A stretch of 64,000 bases of DNA from Tagaea sp. (GCA_044224405.1 JBGAKN010000001.1:416973-480972), one strand, 5' to 3'. Shown: positions 21,667 through 31,133, numbered from the stretch's first letter. Translations and numbers: made by a program. The notes: a model not told the origin generated them from the letters alone.

Positions 21667-24114
21667 ATGGGCGAGTCGAAAATCACCGCGGTTCTCGGGC
21701 CCACCAACACCGGCAAGACGTTCCTCGCCGTCGAGCGGATGCTCGGCCACCGCACGGGCATGATCGGCTTCCCGCTGCGCCTGCTGGCGCGCGAGAACTA
21801 CGAACGCATCGCCGCCGCCAAGGGGGCGGGGCAGGTGGCGCTCGTCACGGGCGAGGAGCGCATCGTGCCGCCGCACGCGCGCTGGTTCGTGTGCACGGTC
21901 GAGGCGATGCCGATGGACCGCGAGGTGGGCTTCCTCGCGGTCGACGAGATCCAGATGGTCGCCGACCGCGAGCGCGGCCACGTCTTCACCGACCGGCTGC
22001 TGCATGCGCGCGGTCGCAACGAGACGATGTTCATGGGCGCGGAGACCGCGCGCCCGCTGATCCGCCGCCTCGTGCCGGATGCCGAGTTCGTCGTGCGGCC
22101 GCGGCTGTCCACGCTGACCTATACGGGGCCGCGCAAGATCACGCGCCTGCCGCGCCGCTCGGCCGTCGTCGCGTTCTCGGGTGCGGAAGTCTACGAGATC
22201 GCCGAACTGGTGCGCCGCCAGCGCGGCGGGGCGGCGCTGGTGTTCGGGGCGCTGTCCCCGCGTACGCGCAACGCGCAGGTCGCGATGTACCAGTCGGGCG
22301 ACGTCGATTATCTGGTGGCGACCGATGCGATCGGCATGGGCCTCAACATGGATATCGACCATGTTGCCTTCGCCGCGACGTCGAAGTTCGACGGCCGCGG
22401 CATGCGCAGGCTCGCACCCCAGGAACTGGGCCAGATCGCCGGGCGCGCGGGACGCAACATGTCGAACGGCACGTTCGGCACGACCGCCGAGATCGGCCCG
22501 CTCGACAACGACGTGATCACCGCGATCGAGGAACACCGTTTCCCCGCGCTGACGCACGCCTATTGGCGCAATGCCGACCTCGACATGCGCACGCTCGACG
22601 GGCTGCTGGCGAGCCTCGATGCGCGCGCGCCCTCGGGCGAACTGGTGCGCGTGCGCGATGCCGACGACCATCTCGCCCTCCAGCAGCTCGCCCGCGATGC
22701 CGAACTGCGTGATCTCGCGAAGGGCCGCGTGGCGCTGCTGTGGGAAGTCGCGCGCATCCCCGATTTCCGCAAGCAGATGTCGGACATGCATGCGCGCCTG
22801 CTCGCGACCGTGTTCCGCCATCTGGCGGGGCCGTCTGCGCGGCTTCCCGACGAATGGGTCGCGAAATCCATCGCCCGCCTCGACGATTCCGAAGGTGACA
22901 TCGACCGGCTGCTGCAGAAGATCGCGGCGATCCGCACCTGGACCTACGTGTCGCACCGTGCCGACTGGCTTGCCGATGCCGCCACGCATCAGGCGAAGGC
23001 GCGCGCCGTCGAAGACCGCCTTTCCGACGCGCTGCACGAACGCCTCACGCAGCGTTTCGTCGACCGGCGCAACGCCGTCATCGTGCGCAAGCTTGCCGAC
23101 GGCGAGGACCTGCTGGCGTCCGTCGCGGCCGACGGCGAGGTGCGTGTCGAAGGCGTGCATGCGGGGCGCCTCGACGGGTTCGAGTTCCGCCCCGATCCCA
23201 CGCTCGACATGGGCGCGCCTGCGGTTCGTGCGGCGGCAAACCGCGCGCTGCGCCGCGACATCGGCCTGCGCACCGCGCGCCTTGCGGGCGATGCCGACAG
23301 CGCGTTCGCGCTGCTGCCCGACGGACGCATCGCCTGGCAGGGCCAGCCGGTCGCGCGGCTCGTCGCGGGCGCGAACGCGCTGGCACCCGAAATCACGCTG
23401 GGGCGCAGCGACCTGCTGGAGCCCGCGCACCGGCAGGCCGTGACGCGGCGCCTCGCCGACTGGCTGGCGGGCGAACTGAAGCTCCGGCTTGCGCCGCTGT
23501 TCCGTCTGCGCGAGGCCGAACTGCCGGCGCCCGCGCGCGGGCTCGCGTTCGAGATCGTCGCCGCGCTGGGTGCGGTGCCGGCCGCGTCGGCGACGATCGC
23601 GCTCGACACGCTCGACCGTCCGACGGCGGGGGCGCTGGGGCGCGCCGGCGTGCGCGTGGGCGCTTTCGGCGCGTTCGTCCCAGCGCTGAAGGACCACGCG
23701 TCGACGAAGCTGCGTGCGTTGCTGTGGGCGATCCATCGCGGCGCGGAACCGGGCGTGCCGCCGACGGGCCGCGTCAGCGTGCCGCGCGCGGCGCTGGCGG
23801 CCGATCTGATGGCCGCGTGCCTCTATCTGCCGGCGGGCCCGCTCTATGTGCGCGCCGACCGGCTGGAGAAGCTGGGCGAAACGCTTGGCGCCGCGGCGAA
23901 GGCGGGCGCTTTCGTTCTCGATCCCGTCTGGGCACGGCTTGTCGATTGCGAGGCGGCGATGCTGCCCGCGGTCGTCGCCTCGCTCGGCTACCGGATGCTG
24001 CGCGAGCCCGGCGATCCGCCGCGCTTCGTGCCCAAGAAGATGCGCAGCGTGGCGGGGCGCGCGGCCGACGCGGACTCGCCCTTTGCAGCACTCGCACCGC
24101 TCGTGAAGCCTTGA
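21667..24114 (+). CDS. ATP-dependent RNA/DNA helicase, Suv3-like superfamily 2
   Basis: Walker A GPTNTGKT, DEIQ box, helicase C motifs; 815 aa. Confidence 0.8.
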   Translation: MGESKITAVLGPTNTGKTFLAVERMLGHRTGMIGFPLRLLARENYERIAAAKGAGQVALVTGEERIVPPHARWFVCTVEAMPMDREVGFLAVDEIQMVADRERGHVFTDRLLHARGRNETMFMGAETARPLIRRLVPDAEFVVRPRLSTLTYTGPRKITRLPRRSAVVAFSGAEVYEIAELVRRQRGGAALVFGALSPRTRNAQVAMYQSGDVDYLVATDAIGMGLNMDIDHVAFAATSKFDGRGMRRLAPQELGQIAGRAGRNMSNGTFGTTAEIGPLDNDVITAIEEHRFPALTHAYWRNADLDMRTLDGLLASLDARAPSGELVRVRDADDHLALQQLARDAELRDLAKGRVALLWEVARIPDFRKQMSDMHARLLATVFRHLAGPSARLPDEWVAKSIARLDDSEGDIDRLLQKIAAIRTWTYVSHRADWLADAATHQAKARAVEDRLSDALHERLTQRFVDRRNAVIVRKLADGEDLLASVAADGEVRVEGVHAGRLDGFEFRPDPTLDMGAPAVRAAANRALRRDIGLRTARLAGDADSAFALLPDGRIAWQGQPVARLVAGANALAPEITLGRSDLLEPAHRQAVTRRLADWLAGELKLRLAPLFRLREAELPAPARGLAFEIVAALGAVPAASATIALDTLDRPTAGALGRAGVRVGAFGAFVPALKDHASTKLRALLWAIHRGAEPGVPPTGRVSVPRAALAADLMAACLYLPAGPLYVRADRLEKLGETLGAAAKAGAFVLDPVWARLVDCEAAMLPAVVASLGYRMLREPGDPPRFVPKKMRSVAGRAADADSPFAALAPLVKP

Positions 24115-24392
24115 GCGACGACGCGGAAGCGACGCGCATGCGCGTCGATGCGTGGCTGTGGGCCGCGCGCTTCTTCCGCAAGCGGGCGCTTGCGCAGGCG
24201 TTCCTCGCCGAGGGGCGCGTGCGCATGCGCGGGCGCGTGCTCGATAAGGGCGATTTCGTGAAGCCGGGCGACGTGCTGACCTTCGTGGCCGGCGACAAGC
24301 TGCGCACGATCGAGATCGTCGGCCTCGCCGAACGGCGCGGCAATTCGGGTGCGGCAAAAGGTCTCTACCGCGATCTCTACGAACCGGTTTGA
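24111..24392 (+). CDS. S4-domain RNA-binding protein, Hsp15 (HslR)-like
   Basis: [27 protein letters not shown]4 motif; in-frame TTG overlapping helicase stop (TTGA) gives an N-terminus of length typical for Hsp15; ATG at 24138 is the alternative. Confidence 0.7.
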   Translation: MSDDAEATRMRVDAWLWAARFFRKRALAQAFLAEGRVRMRGRVLDKGDFVKPGDVLTFVAGDKLRTIEIVGLAERRGNSGAAKGLYRDLYEPV

Positions 24393-24480
24393 CCCCATTT
24401 GGCGCGGGGTTGCCCGTCGGTCGGGCGTGTGCTACCCGACGGGCCGGTTTTCATCCGTCCCGCTGCCCGAGAGTCCCGCA

Positions 24481-24822
24481 ATGACCTACGTCGTCACCGA
24501 AGCCTGCATCAAGTGCAAGTACACCGACTGCGTCGAGGTGTGCCCGGTCGACTGTTTCTACGAAGGCGAGAACATGCTCGTCATCAAGGCGGACGAGTGC
24601 ATCGATTGCGGCGTGTGCGAGCCCGAATGCCCCGCCGAGGCGATCGTGCCCGACACCGACCCCAAGGCGAGCAAGTGGGCGGAAATGAACAACGATTACG
24701 CCGCCAAGTGGCCGAACCTGACCCGCAAGAAGGACGCCCCGGCGGACGCCGACAGCTGGAAGGGCGTCGAAGGCAAATTCGACAAGCATTTTTCTCCTAA
24801 TGGCGGGACCGGAAACCCATAA
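24481..24822 (+). CDS. fdxA: 7Fe ferredoxin (FdxA type, [3Fe-4S][4Fe-4S])
   Basis: [29 protein letters not shown]...[12 protein letters not shown]. Confidence 0.9.
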   Translation: MTYVVTEACIKCKYTDCVEVCPVDCFYEGENMLVIKADECIDCGVCEPECPAEAIVPDTDPKASKWAEMNNDYAAKWPNLTRKKDAPADADSWKGVEGKFDKHFSPNGGTGNP

Positions 24823-24892
24823 GGGGTATCCGAGGGTCGCTTAAAAGACCGAAATCATTCGACAGGACGCGGAGCCGTGCGGAAAACGCGCG

Positions 24893-24916
24893 GGTAGCGC
24901 GTGCTTTTTGATCATT
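24893..24916 (+). terminator. Putative terminator after fdxA
   Basis: ACGCGC-GGGTA-GCGCGT hairpin followed by GCTTTTT. Confidence 0.45.
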
Positions 24917-25207
24917 TTTGTGATAGCTTCTTTTTTGACGGGCTGTGGCAATTGCGCCGCACGCTGCTGTGCCCCTGAAGGGGTTTGACCGGGCTTGGCC
25001 GCCCGCCTCATGAAAGTCCGATCTTGCAGCTATTTCAAATAGTTGCCTGATACGGCCGCAGCGCCGACGGGTCAAATCGACCCTTCGGAACGGGAGATTT
25101 TTCTGTCCGCCGGACCGGCACATTGGTCTGACGGAACGTCGAGACGGGTTTCGGGGTTGGCAACCGGCCGGCATCTGCCGGGCGGGTCTGAAAGGAGCAG
25201 CTTTTCC

Positions 25208-25732
25208 ATGACGCTACGCAAGACGACGGTGCGCGAGACGGACGATCTGGGCTTCGCGGTTGGCGATCACGTCGTGTACCCCACGCACGGCGTGGGCAAG
25301 ATCACCGGCCTCGAGACGCAGGAGATCGCCGGGACGAAGCTGCGCCTGTTCGTGATCCAGTTCGACAAGGACCGCATGACGCTGCGCGTGCCGACGATGA
25401 AGGCCAAGACGTCGGGCCTGCGCCGCCTGTGCACGAAGAAGGAAATGCAGAATGCCCTCGCCACGCTGAAGGCGCGCGCGCGCATCCGCCGCACGATGTG
25501 GAGCCGCCGCGCGCAGGAATACGAGGCGAAGATCAATTCGGGCGACCCCAAGGCGATCGCCGAAGTGGTGCGCGACCTGCACCGCAACGCCGGCCAGCCC
25601 GACCAGTCGTTCTCCGAGCGCCAGATGTACCAGGCGGCGCTCGACCGTCTGGTGCGCGAGTTCGCCGCCGTCGAGAAGATCTCGGAAGAGACGGCGACCC
25701 AGCGCCTCGAGGCGATGCTCAAGGCCGCGTAA
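25208..25732 (+). CDS. cdnL: CarD-family transcriptional regulator (CdnL)
   Basis: RNAP-interacting N-domain (GDHVVYPTHGVGKI), 174 aa; RBS AAAGGAG. Confidence 0.85.
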   Translation: MTLRKTTVRETDDLGFAVGDHVVYPTHGVGKITGLETQEIAGTKLRLFVIQFDKDRMTLRVPTMKAKTSGLRRLCTKKEMQNALATLKARARIRRTMWSRRAQEYEAKINSGDPKAIAEVVRDLHRNAGQPDQSFSERQMYQAALDRLVREFAAVEKISEETATQRLEAMLKAA

Positions 25733-25761
25733 GCAGGTTCCTTTGTTTCCGATGCGACAGA

Positions 25762-25788
25762 CCCCGCCGGGCGACCGGCGGGGTTTTT
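25762..25788 (+). terminator. Rho-independent terminator after cdnL
   Basis: CCCCGCCGG-GCGA-CCGGCGGGG followed by TTTTT. Confidence 0.6.
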
Positions 25789-25847
25789 CGTTCGGGGTCC
25801 AATTTCGTTTGGGGCGACGCGGCGCCGCGCGATAGCTTTCCGCAAAG

Positions 25848-26678
25848 ATGACGACGGCCCCGCCCGCATCCCTTCCCGCCAAGAGCGAGCGCTTCGCGAT
25901 CCTGCGCAAGTGCCGGCGCGTGTGGGCGATCGCGGCGATCCACGGCAATGCCGAAGGGCTCGCGCGCATCCATGCCGGCATCGCCGAGCGGCTCGAAACC
26001 GGCGACCGCATCGTCTATCTGGGCAACTGGCTGGGGCGAGGGGCGGGCACCATCGCCACGCTCGACGAGATGGTGCGCTTCCGGCGCGAGGTGATCGCGG
26101 CGCCCGGCTTCTTCGCGTCCGACGTCGTGTTCCTGCGCGGCGCGCAGGAGGAGATGTGGCAGAAATGCCTGCAGCTCCATTTCGCCGTCAATCCGGGCGA
26201 GGTCTTGCGCTGGATGCTCGACCAGGGGCTTGCCGCCACGCTGCAGGGCTACGGCGCCGATCCCAAGGCGGGCCTGTCGGTCACTCGCGAAGGCGCGCAA
26301 GCGCTGGCGCGCTGGACGACGGGCCTGCGCAAGGCGCTCGACTCCCATCCCGGCCACCGCGAGGTCACGCTCGCCATGCGGCGCGCGGCCTACGACGATC
26401 GCGGGCGCATGCTGCTCGTCAGCGCCGGCCTCGATCTCGACCGGCCATTGGCGGCGCAGGGCGACGCGCTGTGGTGGGGCGGGCGCGGTTTCGACAAGCT
26501 CGACCGGCCGTTCGAATCCTTCCTGCGCGTGGTGCGCGGCTACGCGCCCACGCATCCGGGTGCTACGCAAGGCCCCTACACCCTCACGCTCGACGGCGGC
26601 AGCGGCTTCGGCGGCAGCCTGCTCGCCGCAAGCCTCGGGCCCGACGGCGAGATCCTCGAGATCCTCGACGCCGGGTGA
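25848..26678 (+). CDS. PPP-family metallophosphatase-like protein with degenerate catalytic motifs
   Basis: AIHGN in place of GDxHG, GNWLGRG in place of GDxxDRG, GNHE motif not recognisable. Confidence 0.6.
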   Translation: MTTAPPASLPAKSERFAILRKCRRVWAIAAIHGNAEGLARIHAGIAERLETGDRIVYLGNWLGRGAGTIATLDEMVRFRREVIAAPGFFASDVVFLRGAQEEMWQKCLQLHFAVNPGEVLRWMLDQGLAATLQGYGADPKAGLSVTREGAQALARWTTGLRKALDSHPGHREVTLAMRRAAYDDRGRMLLVSAGLDLDRPLAAQGDALWWGGRGFDKLDRPFESFLRVVRGYAPTHPGATQGPYTLTLDGGSGFGGSLLAASLGPDGEILEILDAG

Positions 26679-26709
26679 TCCGCCCCGTGGCCGGCGGCGT
26701 AGAACGCGC

Positions 26710-27594
26710 ATGGCCCATCTGGACGACACCGACACCCAGCGCGCCAACACGATCTATATCCGCCGCGCGATGAAGGCGCCGCTGCTGGCGCGCGAGCACG
26801 AGCTTGAACTCGCGCGGCGCTGGCGCGACACCGGCGACCAGACGGCGCTGGCGGAGCTGGTCGGCGCCTATGGCCGCATGGCGGTATCGCTGGCGCTGCG
26901 CTTCCGCCATTACGGCCTGCCTGTCGGCGACCTGATCCAGGAGGGCAATATCGGGCTGATGCAGGCGGCCCAGCGCTTCGAGCCGTCGCGCGACGTGCGC
27001 TTCTCGACCTACGCGCAATGGTGGATCCGCGCGGCGATCCAGGATTTCGTGCTGCGGAACTGGTCGATCGTGCGCACCGGAACGACGGCCGCGCACAAGA
27101 CGCTGTTCTTCAACCTTCGCCGCCTGCGCGCGCGCCTCGACGATCCGTCTTCCGAGCGGATGAGCGACGCCCAGCGCGACACGATCGCGCGCACGCTCAA
27201 GGTGAGTGTGCCCGACGTGGCCGAGATGGAAGGGCGGCTTGCCGCCGGCGACCGCTCGCTCGACGCGAAGATCGGCCCCGAGGGCGAAAGCGACTGGGCC
27301 GCCACGCTCGTCGATCCGAACCCGACGCCTGAGGACGCGACGATCGGGATGCGCGGGGCGAGCGCGCGCGTGCGGCTGGTGCGTGCGGCGCTGGGCGAAC
27401 TCGATCCGCGAGAACGCACGGTGATCGAGGCCCGCCAGCTCGCCGAGGAAAGCGTGACGCTGGAATCGCTCGGCACGAAGCTCGGCATTTCCAAGGAGCG
27501 CGTGCGCCAGATCGAGCACCGCGCGATGGGCAAGCTCAAGGCGGCACTGGTCCGCCGCGTGAGCAACCCGTCGGATCTTTTCGCGGGCGCCTGA
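26710..27594 (+). CDS. rpoH: RNA polymerase sigma-32 factor
   Basis: Sigma-70 regions 2-4 plus an RpoH-box-like QRFEPSRDVRFSTYAQWWIRAAIQDF segment; 294 aa. Confidence 0.9.
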   Translation: MAHLDDTDTQRANTIYIRRAMKAPLLAREHELELARRWRDTGDQTALAELVGAYGRMAVSLALRFRHYGLPVGDLIQEGNIGLMQAAQRFEPSRDVRFSTYAQWWIRAAIQDFVLRNWSIVRTGTTAAHKTLFFNLRRLRARLDDPSSERMSDAQRDTIARTLKVSVPDVAEMEGRLAAGDRSLDAKIGPEGESDWAATLVDPNPTPEDATIGMRGASARVRLVRAALGELDPRERTVIEARQLAEESVTLESLGTKLGISKERVRQIEHRAMGKLKAALVRRVSNPSDLFAGA

Positions 27595-27601
27595 AGCGCC
27601 G

Positions 27602-28651
27602 TCAGATCGCTTCCAGCTCGGTCCAGGCCTGGTCGGCGAGGCCGCGCAGGCGCTGGCTGTCGATGCGGCCGGCGAAGGCGTAGGCGTAGCCGCCGCGATG
27701 CCAGTGGACGACATTCACGCCCTGGCGCAGGTCGGCGCGCGGGCTCTGCTCGCGCCGTTCGGAGAACGCGATGACGAGGCCGACGACCTCGTTCGCGCCG
27801 TTCTTGTAGAGAAGCTGCGCCGCGGGCTTGCCGCCGACGACCAGCATGCGCCCGCCCTGCAGCTCGAAGCCCTGCGACGTGAGATCGGGCAGCGCCAGAT
27901 TGCGGTTGAGCTTGGCGCCGAACCACTTGCCCAGTTCCGGCATGTCCTCGGTCGTGAAGTCGACGAGCAGGCGGCCTTCGCTGGCCTGCGTCGCTTCCGC
28001 GACATTGTAGAAGCCCGCGACATTGTCGAGCCAACGGTCGGTCGAGGCGAGCTCGAGCCCGCCGATCTGCGGCTGGATGCGCCCGGTGAACACGCCGCCG
28101 GCCCCCAGCACGAGGAAGAGCGCCACCGACGCGGCGACCGCCCAGACGAGCGGGCGGCGGATGCTGCCGGCCCGGGGCTTCATCGGGACGACGTTGCCGG
28201 CCTTGGTCTCGCGCACCGCCGCGACGAGGCGTGCAGGCACCGGCTCGTCCACGACGGGGGCGAGTGCGGCGCGCGCCAGCATGGCGGTGCGCCGGAAAAT
28301 CTCGATGCGGTTGCGCACGCGGCGGTCGGCGAGGGCGCCCCGCGCCACGCGCGCGGCGGCAGCGCCTTCGAGCGCGCCGTCGGCATAGGCCATCAATGTC
28401 TCGTCGTCGAACGCGCGCGCGGGCGCCACGGGCGCCTTCATCACGGCATCGACCAGCCGCTGCGGCACGGGCTCGAGCAGCACCTCGTTCATCGCGGCAT
28501 GCGCCATCGCGGCCATGCGGCGGAACATCGTCACGCGCGCGGCAACCTCGGCATCGTTCGCGAGAGCGGCTTCGACCGCGCGCAATTCCGCCGGCTCGGC
28601 CGTGCCGTCGGCGTAGCGCATCAGGGTCTCGTCGTCGAAGCGCGGTGACAT
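27602..28651 (-). CDS. Membrane anti-sigma factor (cognate of the upstream ECF sigma) with tandemly duplicated N-terminal cytoplasmic domain
   Basis: FDDETLMRYADG.. and FDDETLMAYADG.. repeats, single TM helix (PLVWAVAASVALFLVLG), periplasmic C-domain; ATG 14 nt after sigma-factor stop. Confidence 0.75.
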   Translation of the reverse strand: MSPRFDDETLMRYADGTAEPAELRAVEAALANDAEVAARVTMFRRMAAMAHAAMNEVLLEPVPQRLVDAVMKAPVAPARAFDDETLMAYADGALEGAAAARVARGALADRRVRNRIEIFRRTAMLARAALAPVVDEPVPARLVAAVRETKAGNVVPMKPRAGSIRRPLVWAVAASVALFLVLGAGGVFTGRIQPQIGGLELASTDRWLDNVAGFYNVAEATQASEGRLLVDFTTEDMPELGKWFGAKLNRNLALPDLTSQGFELQGGRMLVVGGKPAAQLLYKNGANEVVGLVIAFSERREQSPRADLRQGVNVVHWHRGGYAYAFAGRIDSQRLRGLADQAWTELEAI

Positions 28652-28665
28652 TCCTTGCAGTCCCT

Positions 28666-29253
28666 CTATTCGGCGGGCGAGGCGAGCGAGGAGCCCGTTT
28701 CGCCCAGCATGCGTGCCAGTGCGGTCCGTGCCCGCGCGAGACGGCTCATCACCGTCCCGATCGGGATGTCCAAGGCGGCGGCAGCCTCCTTGTAGCTCTG
28801 CCCCTCGACGCACACGAGCGTCAGCACCGTGCGCTGCTCGTCGGGCAGCTTCGCCATCGCCGCGCGCACGGCCTCGTAGGTCATGTGCGCCTCGATGCCG
28901 CGCCCGCCGTCGAAGGCGAGCTCGTCTTCCACCATGTCCGCGTCGATCCGGCCTTCGCCGGTGCGGACCTTGTTGGCGCGCCGGTCGTCCAGATAGATCG
29001 TCTGGACGATGCGGAACATCCAGCTGTCGAGCCGCGTACCGGGCTGGTACTGGTCGATCCGGGTCAGCGCGCGTTCGCACGCGGCCTGCACCAGATCGTC
29101 GGCCTGGTCGGGGGCGCCTGCGAGTCCGCGTGCGAAACGCCGCAGGCGCGGCAGCAGGGCCACCATCTCTTCGCGGATCTGGCGGATGGTGTCGTCGTTC
29201 ACGACGCTCTCCGGGGCGATCCGGTCCGGCAACCAGCCGTCCGACAGGAGCAC
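28666..29253 (-). CDS. ECF-family RNA polymerase sigma factor
   Basis: Sigma-70 region 2 (DDLVQAACERAL) and region 4 (VLTLVCVEGQSYKEAAAALDIPIGTVMSRLARAR); GTG start at 29253 or in-frame GTG near 29202. Confidence 0.85.
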   Translation of the reverse strand: MLLSDGWLPDRIAPESVVNDDTIRQIREEMVALLPRLRRFARGLAGAPDQADDLVQAACERALTRIDQYQPGTRLDSWMFRIVQTIYLDDRRANKVRTGEGRIDADMVEDELAFDGGRGIEAHMTYEAVRAAMAKLPDEQRTVLTLVCVEGQSYKEAAAALDIPIGTVMSRLARARTALARMLGETGSSLASPAE

Positions 29254-29440
29254 AACGACGGCGTTTCGGGATTATTCGGCACGGTTACGGCTTCCTTGGG
29301 ACTGTTGCCATTGCGCCACAGCTTCGCGGCCGGGACGATCGCGCAAATAAACCCCAACAGCGTTGAAAAGTCGAGGAAAGCCGGGGTTTTAGCGCGGCCC
29401 GGCCAAAGGGCGGCCAAGGCGAACGTCTCCGGTGCTATTT

Positions 29441-29454
29441 ATGATCCGGATCAT
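29441..29454 (+). promoter_or_regulatory. Perfect 14-bp palindrome ATGATCCGGATCAT matching an FNR/Dnr/NnrR-type box (TTGAT-N4-ATCAA) upstream of the cytochrome c' gene
   Basis: Palindrome read directly; centre about 61 nt upstream of the cycP ATG; followed by direct repeats GGATCGGAAAC / GGATCGGAACC. Confidence 0.5.
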
Positions 29455-29508
29455 ATGGATCGGAAACGGACCGGGACAGGATCGGAACCTGAAACCGGAG
29501 GGCTCGTC

Positions 29509-29967
29509 ATGCGCAGACTTTTCTTCATTCTCCTTGCCGCCGTCGGCATCGCCGCGCTTTCGGCTGCCGTCGGTACCGCGCGCGCTGGCGAGGATCGCGA
29601 ACTCGTCAAGATGCCGGCGATGATGCAGGAGCACATGCTTGCCAGCATGCGCGATCACCTGATGACGCTCGGCGAGATTTTCGCCGACCTGACAGTCGAG
29701 AATTTCGATGCGGCCGCCAAGGCGGCCGAGACGCGGCTCGGGCTCAGCTCGTTCGCGCTGCACGATTCGGCGCACATGGCGGCGTTCATGCCCAAGCCGA
29801 TGCAGGATGCCGGAACCGAGCTGCACAAGGCCGCCAGCCGCTTCGCGATCGTCGCGCAGGAGGCCGATGTCGAACGCTCTTACGAGTCGATGAAGAAGCT
29901 GAACGGCGCACTCGCCGAAATGGTCTCGAGCTGCAATGCCTGCCATGTCGGCTACCGAATCCGGTAG
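29509..29967 (+). CDS. cycP: Cytochrome c' (class II c-type cytochrome), periplasmic
   Basis: Signal peptide MRRLFFILLAAVGIAALSAAVGTARA, four-helix length (152 aa), single C-terminal CNACH haem motif; RBS GGAGG 8 nt upstream. Confidence 0.8.
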   Translation: MRRLFFILLAAVGIAALSAAVGTARAGEDRELVKMPAMMQEHMLASMRDHLMTLGEIFADLTVENFDAAAKAAETRLGLSSFALHDSAHMAAFMPKPMQDAGTELHKAASRFAIVAQEADVERSYESMKKLNGALAEMVSSCNACHVGYRIR

Positions 29968-30610
29968 CTCCCGCGCGAAGGGAGCCACCCCGGCCGCCGC
30001 CCCCTGGATCGCGGCGGCTGGGGTGGCCGCATCGCGTCGCAGCCTCGATGCGGGCCAGCCCTTGTTTCGGCAGGGCGACGCGACATTCGGGATCTTCGCC
30101 GTCGAGAGCGGGCGCCTACGCCTGCTCCGGCACGCCCGCGACGGCAGCGATTGCGTCCTGCATGTCGCCGCGCGCGGCGACACGTTCGCCGAAGCGGCTC
30201 TGTTCTCGCCGCACTATCATTGCGACGCCATCGCAGACATTCCCTCGCGCGTCACGGTCTTTCCCAAGGACGCGCTTCTCGCCGCGTTCGCGGCGGATAC
30301 GGATCTTGCCGCGGCCTTCATGGCGCACCTGGCGCGCCAGGTGCAGGCGCTGCGCGCGCGCGTGGAGATGCGCAACATCCGGTCGGCGGACGAGCGCGTG
30401 ATGCGATACCTCGCCCTTCGGGCAATTGACGGCGCGGCGACGGTGACGTTCGACCGGCCGTTGCGCGACGTGGCCGGCGAAATCGGTCTCGCGCATGAAT
30501 CGTTCTACCGCGCGCTGAAGATACTGGAGACGCGCGGCGCGATCGGGCGGAACGGGCGGAAAATCCGGCTGCTTGGCAGCCCCGACACACGACGGCGCAC
30601 CAGAACCTAG
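29936..30610 (+). CDS. Crp/Fnr-family transcriptional regulator (Dnr/NnrR-like), overlapping the end of cycP
   Basis: cNMP-binding-like beta-roll then C-terminal HTH (..VAGEIGLAHESFYRALKILE..); no N-terminal Cys cluster. Confidence 0.8.
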   Translation: MPAMSATESGSSRAKGATPAAAPWIAAAGVAASRRSLDAGQPLFRQGDATFGIFAVESGRLRLLRHARDGSDCVLHVAARGDTFAEAALFSPHYHCDAIADIPSRVTVFPKDALLAAFAADTDLAAAFMAHLARQVQALRARVEMRNIRSADERVMRYLALRAIDGAATVTFDRPLRDVAGEIGLAHESFYRALKILETRGAIGRNGRKIRLLGSPDTRRRTRT

Positions 30611-31133
30611 TCGCCTGGCGGCGGGGTTGCCGGGGCCGGCAGGAACGCCTCGGGGATTTCCGGCGGAGATTCGGGTTCGCTGTCGCCGCGCCAGTAGACG
30701 ACGAAGAAGCGCCCGTCGTCTTCGCGCAGGTAGACCTGCCAGTCGTCCCAGCTTTCACCTGCGCAGCTCCCTTCCGCGGGGCAGCGGCGGGCCTTGGCTT
30801 CGGCCAGCAGGAAGCCCGCGCGGAACCAGGTGAGGTGGCGCAGGTCCTCGGTGACGTCCTCGGGCTTGATCGTGCTGAGGCGATCGACGGCGAATTCCAG
30901 CACGTGCGGCTCGTCGACGAGCTTGGGAATTTCGGTGAGGCCGACGCGCGCGCACGATTCTTCGGTAAGGCGCGCGGCGCACGTGAAGAAGAGCGCGATG
31001 GCGCAGCCCGCGTCGCGCGCCTGTCCGCCGCAGGCAGGCTCGCCGTCGAGTGCTGCACGCCCCGGCTTGTCGGCGGTCTGCGCGTGCGCCGCACCCGCCC
31101 CTAGCAGCAGGAGCGCGAGGAGGAGTGTGCGGA

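Noticed and set aside
21658-24357. 899-aa minus-strand ORF opposite the helicase
   Set aside because: Shadow ORF. The helicase motifs are on the plus strand.
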